Shown here: positions 1 to 9,715 of the stretch, one piece after another
How positions within the stretch are numbered: the first letter of the stretch is position 1
Layout: every line of letters starts with the position of its first letter
From: an uncultured Chloroflexia bacterium
GTDB taxonomy: Bacteria; Chloroflexota; Limnocylindria; Limnocylindrales; CSP1-4
DNA: 64,000 nucleotides
NCBI GenBank assembly: GCA_963766735.1
Contig: CAVYBU010000002.1
Span: 224,001-288,000 of the forward strand
Direction of reading: 5' to 3'
Notes under the pieces: generated by a model
The model's database searches: none
Seen by the model: the letters and a program-made list of their open reading frames with translations, nothing else
What the model was told of the DNA's origin: nothing
Position numbers and translations under genes: made by a program

Positions 1-1290
1 AAGGGGACCAAGGTTCCCTACCGCTGCTCCTTCTGCGGCAAGTCCCAGGAGCAGGTTCGCAAGCTCATCGCAGGGCAGGGCGTCTACATCTGCGATGAGT
101 GCATCAACCTGTGCCAGGAGATCATCGAGGAAGAGCTGCTCGAGGCGCCCAAGGCGCGCCCGGCCCAGCAGAAGCTCCCCAAGCCGCATCAGATCACCGC
201 CAACCTCGACGAGTACGTCATCTCGCAGGAGAAGGCGAAGAAGGTCCTCTCCGTCGCCGTCTACAACCACTACAAGCGGATCAGCGTCGGCAACAGCGTC
301 GATGACGTCGAGCTACAGAAGTCGAACGTCCTGCTGGTCGGGCCCACGGGCTCCGGCAAGACGCTCCTCGCGCAGACGCTCGCGCGGGTGCTGGACGTCC
401 CGTTCTGCATCGCCGATGCCACGTCCCTGACCGAGGCCGGGTACGTGGGCGAGGACGTGGAGAACATCCTCCTGCGGCTGATTCAGGCGGCCGACTTCGA
501 TGTTGCCCGTGCCCAGAGAGGGATCATCTACATCGACGAGATCGACAAGGTCGCCCGCAAGGCCGACAACCCGTCGATCACCCGGGACGTCTCCGGCGAG
601 GGGGTCCAGCAGGCGCTGCTCAAGATCCTGGAGGGAACGGTGGCCAACGTGCCGCCGCAGGGCGGACGCAAGCACCCGCACCAGGACTTCATCCAGATCG
701 ACACGACCAACGTGCTGTTCATCTGCGGTGGCGCGTTCGATGGGCTGGAGAAGATCGTCGAGGAGCGGGTGGGCAAGCGCTCCATCGGGTTCGGCTCCGA
801 CGGCGTGATGTCCAGGATCGACAAGGCGAAGATCATCGAGAGGCTGATGCCGGAGGACCTGCTGAAGTACGGGCTCATCCCGGAGTTCATCGGCCGGCTG
901 CCCGTCATCGTCACGCTCTCGCCGCTGTCCGTCGACGATCTCAAGCGCGTCCTCGTGGAGCCGAAGAACGCCGTCACCCGCCAGTTCCAGAAGTTCCTGC
1001 AGCTGGACAAGGTGGACCTGGTCTTCACGGACGGGGCCCTGCGCGCCGCGGCGGAGGTCGCCCTGGACCGCAAGACCGGCGCCCGCGCCCTCCGATCGAT
1101 CGTGGAGGAGGCGCTGCTCGAGGTGATGTACGACATCCCCGAGCGAACCGACGTGCGGCGCTGCATCATCACCGAGGAGACGATCCGCGATCGCCGCGCC
1201 CCGCTGCTGCTCACGAAGTCGGACGTGGACAAGGGCGTGGACGAGACGAACTACGCGGAGTGGCTCTCGGAGCAGAGCGCCAGCGCCTAG
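1..1290 (+). CDS. clpX: ATP-dependent Clp protease ATP-binding subunit ClpX (5' end just outside window)
   Basis: Frame 1 is open from base 1: CSFCGK...CDEC Zn-binding domain, Walker [42 protein letters not shown] loop. Confidence 0.98.
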   Translation, partial: KGTKVPYRCSFCGKSQEQVRKLIAGQGVYICDECINLCQEIIEEELLEAPKARPAQQKLPKPHQITANLDEYVISQEKAKKVLSVAVYNHYKRISVGNSVDDVELQKSNVLLVGPTGSGKTLLAQTLARVLDVPFCIADATSLTEAGYVGEDVENILLRLIQAADFDVARAQRGIIYIDEIDKVARKADNPSITRDVSGEGVQQALLKILEGTVANVPPQGGRKHPHQDFIQIDTTNVLFICGGAFDGLEKIVEERVGKRSIGFGSDGVMSRIDKAKIIERLMPEDLLKYGLIPEFIGRLPVIVTLSPLSVDDLKRVLVEPKNAVTRQFQKFLQLDKVDLVFTDGALRAAAEVALDRKTGARALRSIVEEALLEVMYDIPERTDVRRCIITEETIRDRRAPLLLTKSDVDKGVDETNYAEWLSEQSASA

Positions 1291-1484
1291 GCCCTCCTGG
1301 GTGCCTGCTCCCCCGCTGCCGGCAGATCCGGGCTGAAGGTGCTGCCCTCGCCCTCGGTGGACTCCAGGGTGAGGTCGCTGTCCATGAGCCGCGCGGCCTT
1401 GCGCACGATCGCCAGGCCGATGCCCGTGCCCGCGTGCTCGTCCTCGGCGTGGTTCCGTGAGGGCCTCCTGCCGTGGACCATCAA
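1287..1484 (-). pseudogene. C-terminal remnant of a histidine kinase ATPase (HATPase_c) domain
   Basis: [34 protein letters not shown] matches the G2 box and final strands of HATPase_c; H, N and G1 boxes are absent and no upstream frame continues it. Confidence 0.7.
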
Positions 1485-1504
1485 CCCGGGCGCCGATTCC
1501 CGCG

Positions 1505-1513
1505 TGGTAGACT
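1505..1513 (+). promoter_or_regulatory. Extended -10 promoter element for the valS leader
   Basis: TGgTAGACT about 12 nt before the T-box GA motif. Confidence 0.6.
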
Positions 1514-1523
1514 CCCGCCCTCA

Positions 1524-1762
1524 CGGCGATGACCGGGAAGAGTAGGTCCGGGAACGGCCCCAAGCGAGCGCGGGACGGTGCGAGCCGCGCGGCACGATCG
1601 GTCCGAAGGTCGCTTGCGAGCCGTGCGGGTGGCGCCCGATAGCGCGCCGAGAGCGTGACCGGAAACAGGCGAGCCGCGACGAACGGCCAACCCCGGCCAC
1701 GAAACCCAGCAGGTGGTACCACGACCCCGTTCGTCCGCTGGACGAGCGGGTCGTTGCGTTTT
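1524..1762 (+). promoter_or_regulatory. T-box riboswitch (Val specifier GUC) with terminator/antiterminator
   Basis: GCGATGA..GGAAGAGTAG start, AGCGAG bulge, GGTGCGA distal loop, GTC specifier at 1609-1611, T-box AGGTGGTACCACG at 1711-1723, hairpin 1721-1754 followed by TGCGTTTT, directly upstream of valS. Confidence 0.92.
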
Positions 1763-1774
1763 CGGGAGCGAGCG

Positions 1775-4507
1775 ATGGCGGAAGAGGCGAACGGACAGCT
1801 GGCAAAGGCCTACGTGCCGGTCGAGTTCGAGCACGACATCTACGAGCGCTGGCTGGCAGCGGACGTCTTCGCGCCCGACGGGGCCGGATCGAGGGCGGAC
1901 TGGAGCCTTGAGCCGTTCGTCATCATCCAGCCGCCGCCCAACGTGACGGGCAGCCTGCACCTTGGCCACGCCCAGCGGACGACGGTCGAGGACCTGATGA
2001 CCCGCCACGCCCGCATGCAGGGGCGCCCGGCGCTGTTCCTCCCCGGTCTCGACCATGCGAGCATCGCCGCCCAGTTCGTGCTGGACGGGATCCTCGCCAA
2101 GGAAGGCGAGAGCCGCGCGACCCTGGGCCGGGAGCGGTACCTGGAGCGGATGCACGGCTTCATCGAGGAGACGAGGACCGTCATCCTCACCCAGCAGCGG
2201 CGGGTCGGCGGCAGCTGTGACTGGGGCCGCCTCCGCTTCACGATGGACGAGGTCAGCGGCAGGGCCGTCCGCGAGGCCTTCCTGCGGCTCTACCGCAAGG
2301 GGCTCGCGTATCGCGCCGAGGCGCTCATCAACTGGTGCCCGGGCTGCCGAACGAGCGTCAGCGACCTCGAGGTGATCCCCACCCCCGAGGCGGGGACCCT
2401 GTGGCGGGTCCGATACCACCTCGTGGACGAGGCAACCGGCGCCCCGGACCCGCACGCCACCATGACCGTCGCCACGACGCGCCCCGAGACGATCCTGGGC
2501 GACACCGCCGTGGCCGTGCACCCCGACGATCCGCGCTACGCCGCCCTGGTCGGCCGCCGCGTCCGCATCCCGTTCGTGGAGCGCGACGTTCCGGTCATCG
2601 CGGACCCCGTGGTGGACCCGGCGTTCGGGACCGGCGCGGTGAAGATCACCCCGGCCCACGATCACGACGACAACGAGACCGGTCGACGCCACGGCCTGGC
2701 GATGCCGACGATCCTCGATGACGCCGCCCACATCGCCAACACCGGCACGCCCTACGACGGGCTCGAGCGCTACGCGGCGCGGACGGCCATCCTCGCGGAC
2801 CTCGCAGCCCGCGGCGACCTGGAGGGCGACACACCCCACGAGATGGTCATCGGCCGCTGCCAGCGCAGCACGGACGTGGTGGAGCCGCGCCTCAAGACGC
2901 AGTGGTTCGTGCGCACAGCGCCACTCGCGGAGGCCGCGCTGGCGGCGACCCGCGGCGGGACGACGCGGATCCTGCCGGAGCGCTTCGAGAAGACCTGGGA
3001 GCACTGGCTGGTCAACATCCGGGACTGGAACGTCTCCCGCCAGCTCTGGTGGGGGCACCGGATCCCGGCCTGGTACTGCCCGGACGGCCATGCCACGGTC
3101 TCGGCGGAGGTCGACGGGCCCGCCGCCTGCGAGGTGTGCGCGAAGCCGGCTGCGGTCCTCACCCAGGATCCGGACATCTTCGACACCTGGTTCAGCTCGG
3201 GCCTGTGGCCCTTCTCCACGCTCGGCTGGCCGGACGCGACTGCCGACGTCGCCCGCTTCTATCCGGGCGCGGTCATGGAGACGGCCTACGACATCATCTT
3301 CTTCTGGGTGGCCCGGATGATGATGCTGGGCATCGAGCTGATGGGGGAGGTCCCGTTCAAGGCCGTCTACCTCTCGGGCCTGATCCGGGACCCGTACGGC
3401 CAGAAGATGTCGAAGACGAAGGGGAACACCGTGGATCCCCTCGGCACGATCGACGAGGTCGGCGCGGACGCGCTGCGCTTCGCGGTTGTCCATGGGGCGA
3501 CGCCCGGCAACGACCAGCGGTTCGCCTCCACCAAGGTGGACAACGCCCGCAACTTCGGCAACAAGCTCTGGAATGCCACGCGGTACGTGCTGGGCGCCCG
3601 TCCGTCGACGATCCCGGCGGACGCGCAACGGCAGAGTCCGGATCGGGTGCTCCTGGGACCCGCCGAGCGATGGGTGCTGTCCCGGGCCGCCGATACCGTG
3701 GTCGCCGTGGACAGGGCGATGGCCGAGTACGGCTTCGGCGAGGTCACGCGCATCCTGTACGACGCCATCTGGAGCGAATACTGCGACTGGGGCCTCGAGC
3801 TGGCGAAGGTGCGCCTGGCGGACGAGACGCTCCCGGCCCCGGAGCGCGAGGCCACATGGTGGGCGCTGGTCGAGGCGCTGGACACGTACCTCCGCCTCCT
3901 GCACCCCGTCATGCCGTTCATCACGGAGCGCCTCTGGGCGGCGCTGCCTCATCTGGCGTCCGACCCCGAGCTGCTCATCGTGGCCCGCTGGCCGACGGCG
4001 GGGGAACATGACGCCGAGGCCGAGGCCCAGGTGGGCGCCTTGGTGGAGCTCGTCCGCGCCGTCCGCAACGCGCGGGCGGAGGCGAAGCTGGAACCCGCCG
4101 CGTGGCTGCCGGTGGACATCTATGTGGAGCCCGGTCTCGGACCGGCCTTCGATGCCCTGCGGCCGGCGCTCGAGCGGCTGGCCAGGACCCGATCCCTTCG
4201 ACGGCAGGTCACGCGCGAGGCACTCCATGCGATCCCCGGTGCGGCGGCTGGCCTGGCGGTGATCGCAGGGGAGGTGGAGGCGGTCGTCGGGACCACAACG
4301 GCCGACCCAGCAGCTGCGGGAGCCGATCGCGGCCGGCTTGAGAAGGAGCTGGCCGATGCGGAGCGGCTGCTGGCTGCAGCCCGCGGACGCCTGGCCAACG
4401 CTGCATTCCTGGCCAAGGCGCCGCCGGTGGTCGTGGCTGGGGCACGGGCCCGGGAAGCGGAGCTGACCGGCCAGGTGGAGCGCCTGAGGGCCCGTCTGGT
4501 CCGGTGA
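1775..4507 (+). CDS. valS: Valine--tRNA ligase
   Basis: PPPNVTGSLHLGH (HIGH), GTGAVKITPAHD, DWNVSRQLWWGHRIP, KMSKT, C-terminal coiled coil; start placed at ATG 1775 after the T-box. Confidence 0.98.
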   Translation: MAEEANGQLAKAYVPVEFEHDIYERWLAADVFAPDGAGSRADWSLEPFVIIQPPPNVTGSLHLGHAQRTTVEDLMTRHARMQGRPALFLPGLDHASIAAQFVLDGILAKEGESRATLGRERYLERMHGFIEETRTVILTQQRRVGGSCDWGRLRFTMDEVSGRAVREAFLRLYRKGLAYRAEALINWCPGCRTSVSDLEVIPTPEAGTLWRVRYHLVDEATGAPDPHATMTVATTRPETILGDTAVAVHPDDPRYAALVGRRVRIPFVERDVPVIADPVVDPAFGTGAVKITPAHDHDDNETGRRHGLAMPTILDDAAHIANTGTPYDGLERYAARTAILADLAARGDLEGDTPHEMVIGRCQRSTDVVEPRLKTQWFVRTAPLAEAALAATRGGTTRILPERFEKTWEHWLVNIRDWNVSRQLWWGHRIPAWYCPDGHATVSAEVDGPAACEVCAKPAAVLTQDPDIFDTWFSSGLWPFSTLGWPDATADVARFYPGAVMETAYDIIFFWVARMMMLGIELMGEVPFKAVYLSGLIRDPYGQKMSKTKGNTVDPLGTIDEVGADALRFAVVHGATPGNDQRFASTKVDNARNFGNKLWNATRYVLGARPSTIPADAQRQSPDRVLLGPAERWVLSRAADTVVAVDRAMAEYGFGEVTRILYDAIWSEYCDWGLELAKVRLADETLPAPEREATWWALVEALDTYLRLLHPVMPFITERLWAALPHLASDPELLIVARWPTAGEHDAEAEAQVGALVELVRAVRNARAEAKLEPAAWLPVDIYVEPGLGPAFDALRPALERLARTRSLRRQVTREALHAIPGAAAGLAVIAGEVEAVVGTTTADPAAAGADRGRLEKELADAERLLAAARGRLANAAFLAKAPPVVVAGARAREAELTGQVERLRARLVR

Positions 4508-4589
4508 TGTTCCACGTCCCGCCCTGCCACCGGCGCCGCGCTGGTAGGATGGCCCAGATCCGCCACCAGGACGTGTCCCGGAGGACGCA

Positions 4590-5342
4590 GTGCCCCTCGA
4601 GTTCCTGAAGCGCCGCGGCGGCGATGCCGACAAGGCCGCAGCTTCCTCGCAGCCCGCGAAACCCGTCGGGCTGCCGGAGGAGGTCGTCGCCCAGGAGTTC
4701 CAGCTCAAGCTCCAGTACGCGGGCAAGAGCACGGAGGGCGTCCGCATGCGCGCCGGGCCACGCTCGCTCGACGAGCTGCCGGACATGCTCGCCGGCGTCG
4801 CGCGGAGCGAGGTCGAGGTCGTGGAACCGCTGCCGCTGGAGTTCGCCCAGGCCATTCCCCAGATCACGCGCCCGTCGGAGGCGATGCAGTGGCTGAACGC
4901 CCACCATGAGCTCAGCCCGATCACCCGGCATGCGCTCGTCGTCCTCGAGTCGATCGACGCGGTGGACCTTGCCTTCGACACCTTCGCGTGCGCGCTGCTC
5001 GACGGCGAGACCGACACGTCCGGCTACCCGCAGTACAACGCGATCATCGGTGGCGTCGCATCCCACTGGGACGAGGCGACGGGCGACATGATCGTGCGCG
5101 GGGTGGTTGGCTGGGGCGGCCGAGGGGTCCGCGGCGATACCGACCGGCTCGGCTCGAGGATCCTCGGCGGGCTCCTGACCAACATCCTCGCGAACCAGTA
5201 CGCCATGGGCCTCACCGCCGTGGATCGCCCGGTCCCCGCGGCCGGTCGGGGCGGCCTGGTGTGCGCACACTGCGGCTTCGCCTCCGGCCACGAGCGCGCC
5301 TTCTACTGTCCCAAGTGCGGGATGCGGCTGCTCCGCGGCTGA
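4590..5342 (+). CDS. Hypothetical protein with C-terminal zinc ribbon
   Basis: 250 aa with host-like codon usage, GGAGG RBS, TGGTAGGAT upstream, C-terminal CAHC-x11-CPKC. Confidence 0.8.
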   Translation: MPLEFLKRRGGDADKAAASSQPAKPVGLPEEVVAQEFQLKLQYAGKSTEGVRMRAGPRSLDELPDMLAGVARSEVEVVEPLPLEFAQAIPQITRPSEAMQWLNAHHELSPITRHALVVLESIDAVDLAFDTFACALLDGETDTSGYPQYNAIIGGVASHWDEATGDMIVRGVVGWGGRGVRGDTDRLGSRILGGLLTNILANQYAMGLTAVDRPVPAAGRGGLVCAHCGFASGHERAFYCPKCGMRLLRG

Positions 5343-5366
5343 TCCCACCATCACCACCCCACGACG

Positions 5367-5831
5367 ATGCCGATCTACGACTACCTCTGCTCCGCCTGCG
5401 ACCACCGGGCCGACATCCTCCACGGGATAAACGATCCCGGCCCGCACTTCTGCCCGTCGTGCGGCGCGGAAGGGGCGATGCGCAAGCAGTTCACGACGCC
5501 AGCGATCCACTTCAAGGGATCGGGCTGGGCGAAGAAGGACCGGGGCAGCTCCAGCGCGACCCGAGCCGCGTCCGCGTCCGGGTCAGGCGAAGGGAGGGAC
5601 GCCAAGGGTGGCGATGCCTCTGCCTCCGGCAAGGAGTCCGGTTCGGGCGGCGAGTCGGGATCCTCGACCGGCTCCGACTCGACAGGATCCACGGACTCCG
5701 GCTCGACCGACTCGAAGAGCTCCGGACGTGCCGGATCGAAGGACTCCGGCTCGACCGACTCGAAGAGCTCCGGACGTGCCGGATCGAAGGACGCCCATTC
5801 GCCCAGGTCGTCATCGGACAAGGGGGACTGA
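5367..5831 (+). CDS. FmdB-family zinc ribbon regulatory protein with Ser/Gly-rich tail
   Basis: MPIYDYLCSAC...CPSCG...IHFKGSGWAKKD signature. Confidence 0.92.
   Translation: MPIYDYLCSACDHRADILHGINDPGPHFCPSCGAEGAMRKQFTTPAIHFKGSGWAKKDRGSSSATRAASASGSGEGRDAKGGDASASGKESGSGGESGSSTGSDSTGSTDSGSTDSKSSGRAGSKDSGSTDSKSSGRAGSKDAHSPRSSSDKGD
5693..5792 (+). repeat. Exact 48-bp tandem duplication in the FmdB tail (DSGSTDSKSSGRAGSK x2)
   Basis: GGACTCCGGCTCGACCGACTCGAAGAGCTCCGGACGTGCCGGATCGAA at 5693 and 5741. Confidence 0.9.
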
Positions 5832-5836
5832 CGCCA

Positions 5837-6073
5837 ATGCCCGCCGCCGCTGACTGGATCACGCTGGGCGAAGCCGCCGAGATCCTCGCTGTCGCCAACG
5901 TCCACTTCCGACCCGAAACGATTGGGGCCTGGGCACGCAGCGGACGCCTCGCAAGCATCAAGCTCGGTGGTCGTCGCTACGTCCGCCGTGGCGAGGTCCG
6001 TGCCCTGGTCGCGGCGCCGCGCCGGGTCCGCGGCGAGGACATCCAGCCCGGGCTGTTCGAGGACTTGGCCTGA
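5837..6073 (+). CDS. Small MerR-like/excisionase-type (HTH_17, BldC-like) DNA-binding protein
   Basis: WITLGEAAEIL...ETIGAWARSGRLASIKLGGRRYVRRGEV; ends IQPGLFEDLA. Confidence 0.85.
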   Translation: MPAAADWITLGEAAEILAVANVHFRPETIGAWARSGRLASIKLGGRRYVRRGEVRALVAAPRRVRGEDIQPGLFEDLA

Positions 6074-6077
6074 ACCC

Positions 6078-7061
6078 ATGAGCGACACCGACGGCGAGGC
6101 CGGCGTCGATCGCTGGCGGGCGCTGGCGGCACGGGTCGTCCAGCGTGTCGGCGGCCTCTCGGCCGTCCGGGCGCTCCTGTCGACGCTGGCGGTGTATGAC
6201 CTGGCCGGCGGGGGACTGACGGCCGGGGGGCTTGCCTACGCGTCGCTGCTTGCCCTCCTGCCGGGGCTGCTGCTCGTCTTCTCGATCCTGGGGATGCTCG
6301 TCACCGATCCAGCGGCCCTGGAGCAGATCGTGGCGTTCATCGCGGTGGCAGTGCCGCCCCTCGAGGACCTGACCCGGGCGGCGCTGGAGCAGGTTGCGGC
6401 CGGCGCCGTCCCCACCGGGATCGTGGCCTTCATCGCCCTGCTTTGGGGATCCAGCCGGTTCTACGCCGCGCTCGACTACGCGTTCTCGAAGGCGTTCCAC
6501 AACGCGCCCCGGCGCAATGAGATCCAACGCACCTTCCGGGGCGTCCTCGTCACCGGGATGTTCGTCGCGCTGCCCGTCGCTGCCCTCGCCGCCGCTGCTC
6601 TCGCGACGTGGGTGGCGGACCGGGCCCCCGACGGGATCGAGACCGGGATCGTGACCAGCCTGTTGTCGCGACTGGCCTCCCCGCTCGGCTCCTTCGTCCT
6701 GTTCGTGGGCGCGACGGCCGCGGTCTACCGGTGGGTGCCCGCGGTCCGTGTGCCCGCCCGAGCCCTGTTGCCGCCGGCGCTGCTCTCGGGCTTCGTCCTG
6801 GCGGCCTTCACCCAGATCTTCGGCTTCATTGCCCCGCGCATGTCCGCGATCGCGGCGCTGTACGGCGCCATCGTCACGGTGTTCGTCCTGCTCGCGTGGC
6901 TGTCGATCGGGTTCAACGTGCTGTTGCTGGGAGCGTCGTGGACCCGCGTACGTCAGCTGGCGATGTCGCAGCCGATACCGCCGGATGTGGGGCGGACAGG
7001 GGCCGATCCGGACGGGAGCGAGCCTGATCCCACGTTGCCGGGAGACGACGACCAAGGGTGA
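6078..7061 (+). CDS. YihY/virulence factor BrkB family membrane protein
   Basis: AGGLAYASLLALLPGLL, LLWGSSRFY, YGAIVTVFVLLAWL; multiple TM segments. Confidence 0.88.
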   Translation: MSDTDGEAGVDRWRALAARVVQRVGGLSAVRALLSTLAVYDLAGGGLTAGGLAYASLLALLPGLLLVFSILGMLVTDPAALEQIVAFIAVAVPPLEDLTRAALEQVAAGAVPTGIVAFIALLWGSSRFYAALDYAFSKAFHNAPRRNEIQRTFRGVLVTGMFVALPVAALAAAALATWVADRAPDGIETGIVTSLLSRLASPLGSFVLFVGATAAVYRWVPAVRVPARALLPPALLSGFVLAAFTQIFGFIAPRMSAIAALYGAIVTVFVLLAWLSIGFNVLLLGASWTRVRQLAMSQPIPPDVGRTGADPDGSEPDPTLPGDDDQG

Positions 7062-7078
7062 TCGCGTACCGTCCACCC

Positions 7079-7312
7079 GCTGCGGTCGCGGTCGCGGGGC
7101 GCGGGTGCGGGGAAGTCGCGGCGGGACGGGGGACTCGGCGGTGGAGTCGCGGCGGCGCCACAGCGGATGCGGCCTGAACGGGCGTGGACGGCATTGGATG
7201 AGCGCGATCGTTGCGGCCCTGAGCCGGATCCACACACAACGCGACGCCAACTCGATCGGGGACCTGTGCCACTGCCCGCCTGCGGGTTCCTGGCGGCGCG
7301 ATCCCGGGCAGC
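7079..7312 (+). ncRNA. Candidate rod-shaped structured RNA (6S-like) or palindromic element
   Basis: Nested complementary blocks between the two halves of the intergenic region (by eye); TACCGT -10-like hexamer 6 nt upstream. Confidence 0.3.
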
Positions 7313-7316
7313 CGAC

Positions 7317-8587
7317 CTAGGTCTGGCGCGTGCCGCAGCGGCGGCAGAACCGTGCGTTGGCCGAGAGGGACAGCCCGCAGCCGACGCACGGCTGGGCGGT
7401 TGGAGCAGCGGCCGCGGTCGGCATGGTCGCCGGCGTCGCGGACAGGACCTCGCGCGCGGACGCGGCCCAGAGGGCGGAGGCGTCGCCCTGCGGGATCAAC
7501 TGGCGCCCGGCAAGGGTGGTGGGTGGGTCCCGATGAGCGCCAGGGGTCGGCCACGCGGGGGTGGTCGGCCACTGCGGCACCGGCGTGCCGTCATCGGGAG
7601 CCACGGTGAGCCACGGGGCCGGTCCTGAGGGAGCCGGAGCGGTTGGGGCGGCCGGCGGCGTGTCCTGCGGCGGCGTGGCGGCGACGGGCCAGGTGGGCTG
7701 CTGGACAACGTCGTCGGCGCGATGCTCAGGCTCGGCTGCGGCGACGGGCTCCGGCTCGAGCTCAGGCTCGGCTTCCGCGACCGGCTCCGGCTCCGGCTCG
7801 GCTCGGCTTCAGCGAACGGCTCAGGCTCGGCTGCGGCGACGGGCTCCGGCTCCAGCTCCCGCTCGGCTGCGGCGAGCTCCGGCTGTGGCTCGGCTGCGGC
7901 ATCGTCGGCGAGCTGCTGCGCTTCCCACGCGGCGATCGCCTCATCCAGCGACTGGCCGGGGACCAGGCCCTTGACCGGCGCCCCTTGGGCGCGCTCCGGT
8001 TCATCGGCTGCGACGTTGCTCGCTGCGACCAGGGCGGCGGCCCGCGCGATGGCCTCGGCGTCCTGATGTACCTCGACCGCCTCAGGCTCGGTTTCGACAG
8101 CATCGCCTGCTGCCGCCGACGCGATGCCGTCGGGCGGAACCGTGTCTCCGACGACGCGCGCCAGGCGGTCGACCGGGACGTCCGTCTCGGGCCAGGCGTC
8201 GGCCGGGATCGTTTCCTCGACGCTGGTGGCCCCGGCCACGGCGGCCGCCTCGGCGGCGGGCTCGAGCGTCGGGTCCGGCGCGCAGGTCAGGCAGCGACCC
8301 TCGTGGGTGTTCCAGCATGATCCGCACGTGTACTGGCGGCAGTCGAGACAGAAGTTGAAGGTCTGGTGAAACGCGTCGAGCTGGTGGGAGGTCGTCAACT
8401 GCTCCTCGGCGCTCCGCGCCTCGGCCATCGCCTCCGAGAAGGACGAGTCGTCGGTCATGACGAAGTTGCGGATGCCCTTCGAGAACACCTTCACGCGCCC
8501 GACGCGGGATTTGCGAGGCACGCTGGACTCGAACGTATAGCGGGTACCGCACCGTTCGCAGAACGACTCGGTGAGGATCTCGGTCAT
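7317..8587 (-). CDS. Cys-rich multi-zinc-ribbon protein with Glu/Pro-rich linker; apparent 1-nt frameshift near 7800
   Basis: N-terminal FCERCG, central FCLDCRQYTCGSCWN...RCLTCAP, C-terminal CVGC...FCRRCG in a second frame; EPEP repeats continue across the shift at GAAGCCGAGCC|GAGCCG. Confidence 0.8.
7722..7890 (-). repeat. Degenerate intragenic repeats encoding (E/L)EPEPVAAAEPE
   Basis: GCTCGGCTGCGGCGACGGGCTCCGGCTC recurs; contains the frameshift. Confidence 0.7.
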
Positions 8588-8758
8588 CAGGCCCCCGGGA
8601 ACTCGGATCTCGACGCGCGGCAGCGTTCCTGCCGGGCAAGCAGAGAGTATAGCCGCGTGCCCCTGCGAGCCCTCGTTCCGTCGTACTCCGGCCAATCGCC
8701 GTTGGTCCCTGCTCTCTCTGGCAAGCCGTGAGCTCCGCCTCTGGTAGGGTTCCGCGCG

Positions 8759-9712
8759 ATGGCTGCTGTCGCCGATCTTGAACGCCTTCTGGAACGTGTC
8801 TTCGAGCGCACGACCGCCCGGCTCTTCCGGGCCGGCATCCAGGTCGTTCAGCTCGAGCGGCGCGTGGAGCGCGCAATGGAAGGTGCCCGGACTCCCGATG
8901 GTTCCAGGATCGCCGTCCCGGCGCGATATCGCGTGCGGCTTCACCCGTCGGACCTCGAGGACGTGACGTCGCGTGCTGGTGGCGCCGACGCGGTTGCCGT
9001 CAGGCTGGCCGACAACGCGCTGACGTTTGCGCGCTCGCACGGCTATCACCTGGCGGGCCGGCCGGAGGTGTGGCTGATCGCGGACCCGGCGGTCGAACGC
9101 GGCCAGGTGGAGGTCAACGCCACCACCACGGGCACGCCGGGCCCGGTCCAGCGGAGCCCGGTCCAGCGGAGCCCGGTCCCGCCGCTCACCCCCCCAGCGT
9201 CCCCGCCTCCGGGACCGGAGGCTGCCGTTCCTCCGGCGAAGCCGGCCACGAGCACGCCCAATCCGGGGGCGGCCGTTGTCGCCGTGGACCCCGAACCAGC
9301 GCCCGCCGCATCGCCGTCGCCCCCCACGACTCCGGGGGTTCCCGCGGCGCCTGCGACCGGCCTCCGGGGCGATGGGTCGCAGACGCTGGTCTTCCGGCGC
9401 CCCGCGCCCCAGGCGGCCCAGGCGATCCTCCGCATCTCGGCCCGGGATGGCCGGGAGCGAACCATCCAAGTCGGCGGGGCCCCCCTCACCATCGGCCGTT
9501 CGAACGACAACGTTCTGGTCATCGACGATGGCCGGGTGTCGCGGCACCACGGACGCTTCCAGTCTCGCCGCGGCACGCTCGTCTACACGGATCTCGGCAG
9601 TACCAACGGATCTCGTGTCAACGGCGTCCGCGTCGACGAGATCGTCCTCGGTGAGGGCGACCGCCTCCAGGTCGGCGACATCGTGATGGTCGTCGAGAAG
9701 TTGCCGGGCTGA
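8759..9712 (+). CDS. fhaA: FhaA-like protein (DUF3662 + Pro-rich linker + FHA)
   Basis: N-terminal DUF3662-like segment; FHA motifs IGR, VSRHHG, DLGSTNG. Confidence 0.9.
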   Translation: MAAVADLERLLERVFERTTARLFRAGIQVVQLERRVERAMEGARTPDGSRIAVPARYRVRLHPSDLEDVTSRAGGADAVAVRLADNALTFARSHGYHLAGRPEVWLIADPAVERGQVEVNATTTGTPGPVQRSPVQRSPVPPLTPPASPPPGPEAAVPPAKPATSTPNPGAAVVAVDPEPAPAASPSPPTTPGVPAAPATGLRGDGSQTLVFRRPAPQAAQAILRISARDGRERTIQVGGAPLTIGRSNDNVLVIDDGRVSRHHGRFQSRRGTLVYTDLGSTNGSRVNGVRVDEIVLGEGDRLQVGDIVMVVEKLPG

Positions 9713-9715
9713 CCC

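Noticed and set aside
1481-5017. Very long opposite-strand ORFs (e.g. 1481-5017, 11469-14567, 24038-26614, 50364-54008, 55306-57867)
   Set aside because: Antisense shadows of real genes, expected at high GC3; no recognisable motifs.
5837-6073. Excisionase marking a mobile element
   Set aside because: No integrase or att sites; embedded in a host-like gene run.
7105-7300. Cobalamin riboswitch or SRP RNA (GGGAA, GCCACTG, CCAGG...GCAG words)
   Set aside because: B12 box and SRP GNRA/AGCAG geometry are missing, and no downstream gene lies in the sense orientation.
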